A stretch of 64,000 bases of DNA from Felis catus (lineage: Eukaryota): contig NC_058368.1 of assembly GCF_018350175.1 (NCBI RefSeq), positions 40,674,001 to 40,738,000 on the forward strand, written 5' to 3'. A model generated the notes under the pieces. It saw only the letters and a program-made list of their open reading frames with translations, was not told the DNA's origin and searched no databases. Shown here piece by piece: positions 62,377-64,000 of this stretch. Position 1 is the stretch's first letter. Every line of letters starts with the position of its first letter. The position numbers and the translations under genes are program-made.

Positions 62377-64000
62377 TTTTCATTTGTGAGTCTTGTATAG
62401 CAGCTGTAAAATTACTATGTGAAAGCAATGAAAGATTAGTAAAGTCAGCCTGCGTGTTACCTACTTCTTATATAATTAATATACACTTCCAACAGTGGTT
62501 ATAGTTTTTAGGTGAATGGTGTTTACTTGTCAGCCATATTGATTTCTTCTTCATTCACATCTGTTTGATTTTTCTTAGATACATGAATTCAGCAACCAAG
62601 TGTTGCATATGATTGTGCATTAAAAATTCATTATGTTAATACATTTTTCAATCAGAAGCACTTAGCCAGTTTATATGATTCTTTTATTGTTCTTATATTC
62701 TTATATTGTTTTGTTTATTATGTATATTAAATCAACATAGTTTATATAAGGTCTTTTTTTACATGTATGAAAGGAGACTGAATAATAAGAAGAGTGGAAA
62801 TGGGATTCATTTGTTTTTCTTTTGGTTAGCTAGACATGGCACGAAATGAAATAAAACATACTTAAACTCATTTGTTCTCAGTACAATAACCTTATAATTT
62901 CAGAGACAGACTGTGGTCCACGAGTCACTCGTGTGGCTCATTTGAAATGTTTGAGCTCTATTTTCTTAATCCCAAATCACCATGGAGTCTACTTTTTTTT
63001 ATTATTATTTCTGTAGCATGATTAACCCATTTTAATATTAAAAAGAGTATCAAGAATACAAGAAAAGACATTTAAAGAGAATGGATAGTCCACAGAGAAA
63101 CATTTTAAGATGTAATGATTACATAATTTGCAAGATAATTGAACTCATTGACTCACACACTCATCTCTGAGTAGTGGTCCTTGCCTTATACTCAGAGCAG
63201 TTTAATGTCAACATCTTTATATGTTGTGTAAGTAAAGAAGAGAAGGAAAACTCAGACATTGTGCAGTATGGATAATTATATATATATTTTTAAAAAGGAA
63301 TATATTTCATAATAATTGAGAGTTAAGTAAAATAATTTGACAAATATATGTGTTTCAAATAGAATTTTATCCAAATAAATACATCCATTGTCCCATTCAT
63401 AGTTAAATGAGACATTAAACAGTGTAGGCAGAGCTTTTGCCTGATAAGTTACTTTTGGGGAACTTTTGGAAAGATTTGAGACAAACAGAAAGTTTGGCTA
63501 ATTATTGCACAATCGTGTTTATAAAATGCAATGCTATGCAAACTATTTAACTGCATCACACTCATATATGTAGAGATGAAGTTTATTTGCCATGGATGGG
63601 TGAATATTTTTGATGTTATATAAGGGAGGCTTTCAAAATAATTGTGCAATGATATCTTAAAATGTCTTAACATAGCTCTAGTTCCATTTTTAGTTACAAG
63701 AGCTGCCTGAGTAAAGTTCTGAGTTACTTCATCATTTTTCCTTCATAGTGGGTGAAATATCCATACTTTATATTTGGCATCCTTTTCCCCCAACATCTCA
63801 GGGCTCATCTGCCAGCCTGGTTCTGATCCACATATGAATTGACATAATACTTCTCTTGGGAGACAAATTATATGAGGAAATGCAAACAAGAAAACCTTTC
63901 CTAACTGTGTGACTCACGTCATTTGCGAGACCAATGAGAGAATTTGGGTCCCATAATGAAGTCTAATCCTGAACGTTACCACCTACACTACTTAAGCATT

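Overview
AT-rich mammalian genomic DNA, almost certainly a felid or feliform carnivore, judged by about 22 tRNA-derived CAN-SINEs of the SINEC_Fc type and a felid-type L1. I can identify no host protein-coding exon, so the window looks like a gene desert or a very large intron. The dominant feature is a full-length young LINE-1 (24558-30688, + strand). It has a 14-bp TSD, an intact ORF1 and an ORF2 broken by two small frameshifts. Its 5'UTR carries an unexpected ~210-bp non-L1-looking insert that contains a strong splice-acceptor-like motif. Other elements are a young gammaretrovirus-like solo LTR with a 4-bp TSD (13984-14608), a ~900-bp TA-flanked Tigger/mariner-type DNA transposon with perfect TIRs (9203-10106), an old L1 with a twin-priming-type 5' inversion (~37965-40410), older L1M/L2/MIR/MLT/MER fragments, microsatellites and several small template-switch-like repeat clusters. 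Repeat family names come from recalled consensus sequences, not from a database search. I found no evidence of a new multi-gene system.
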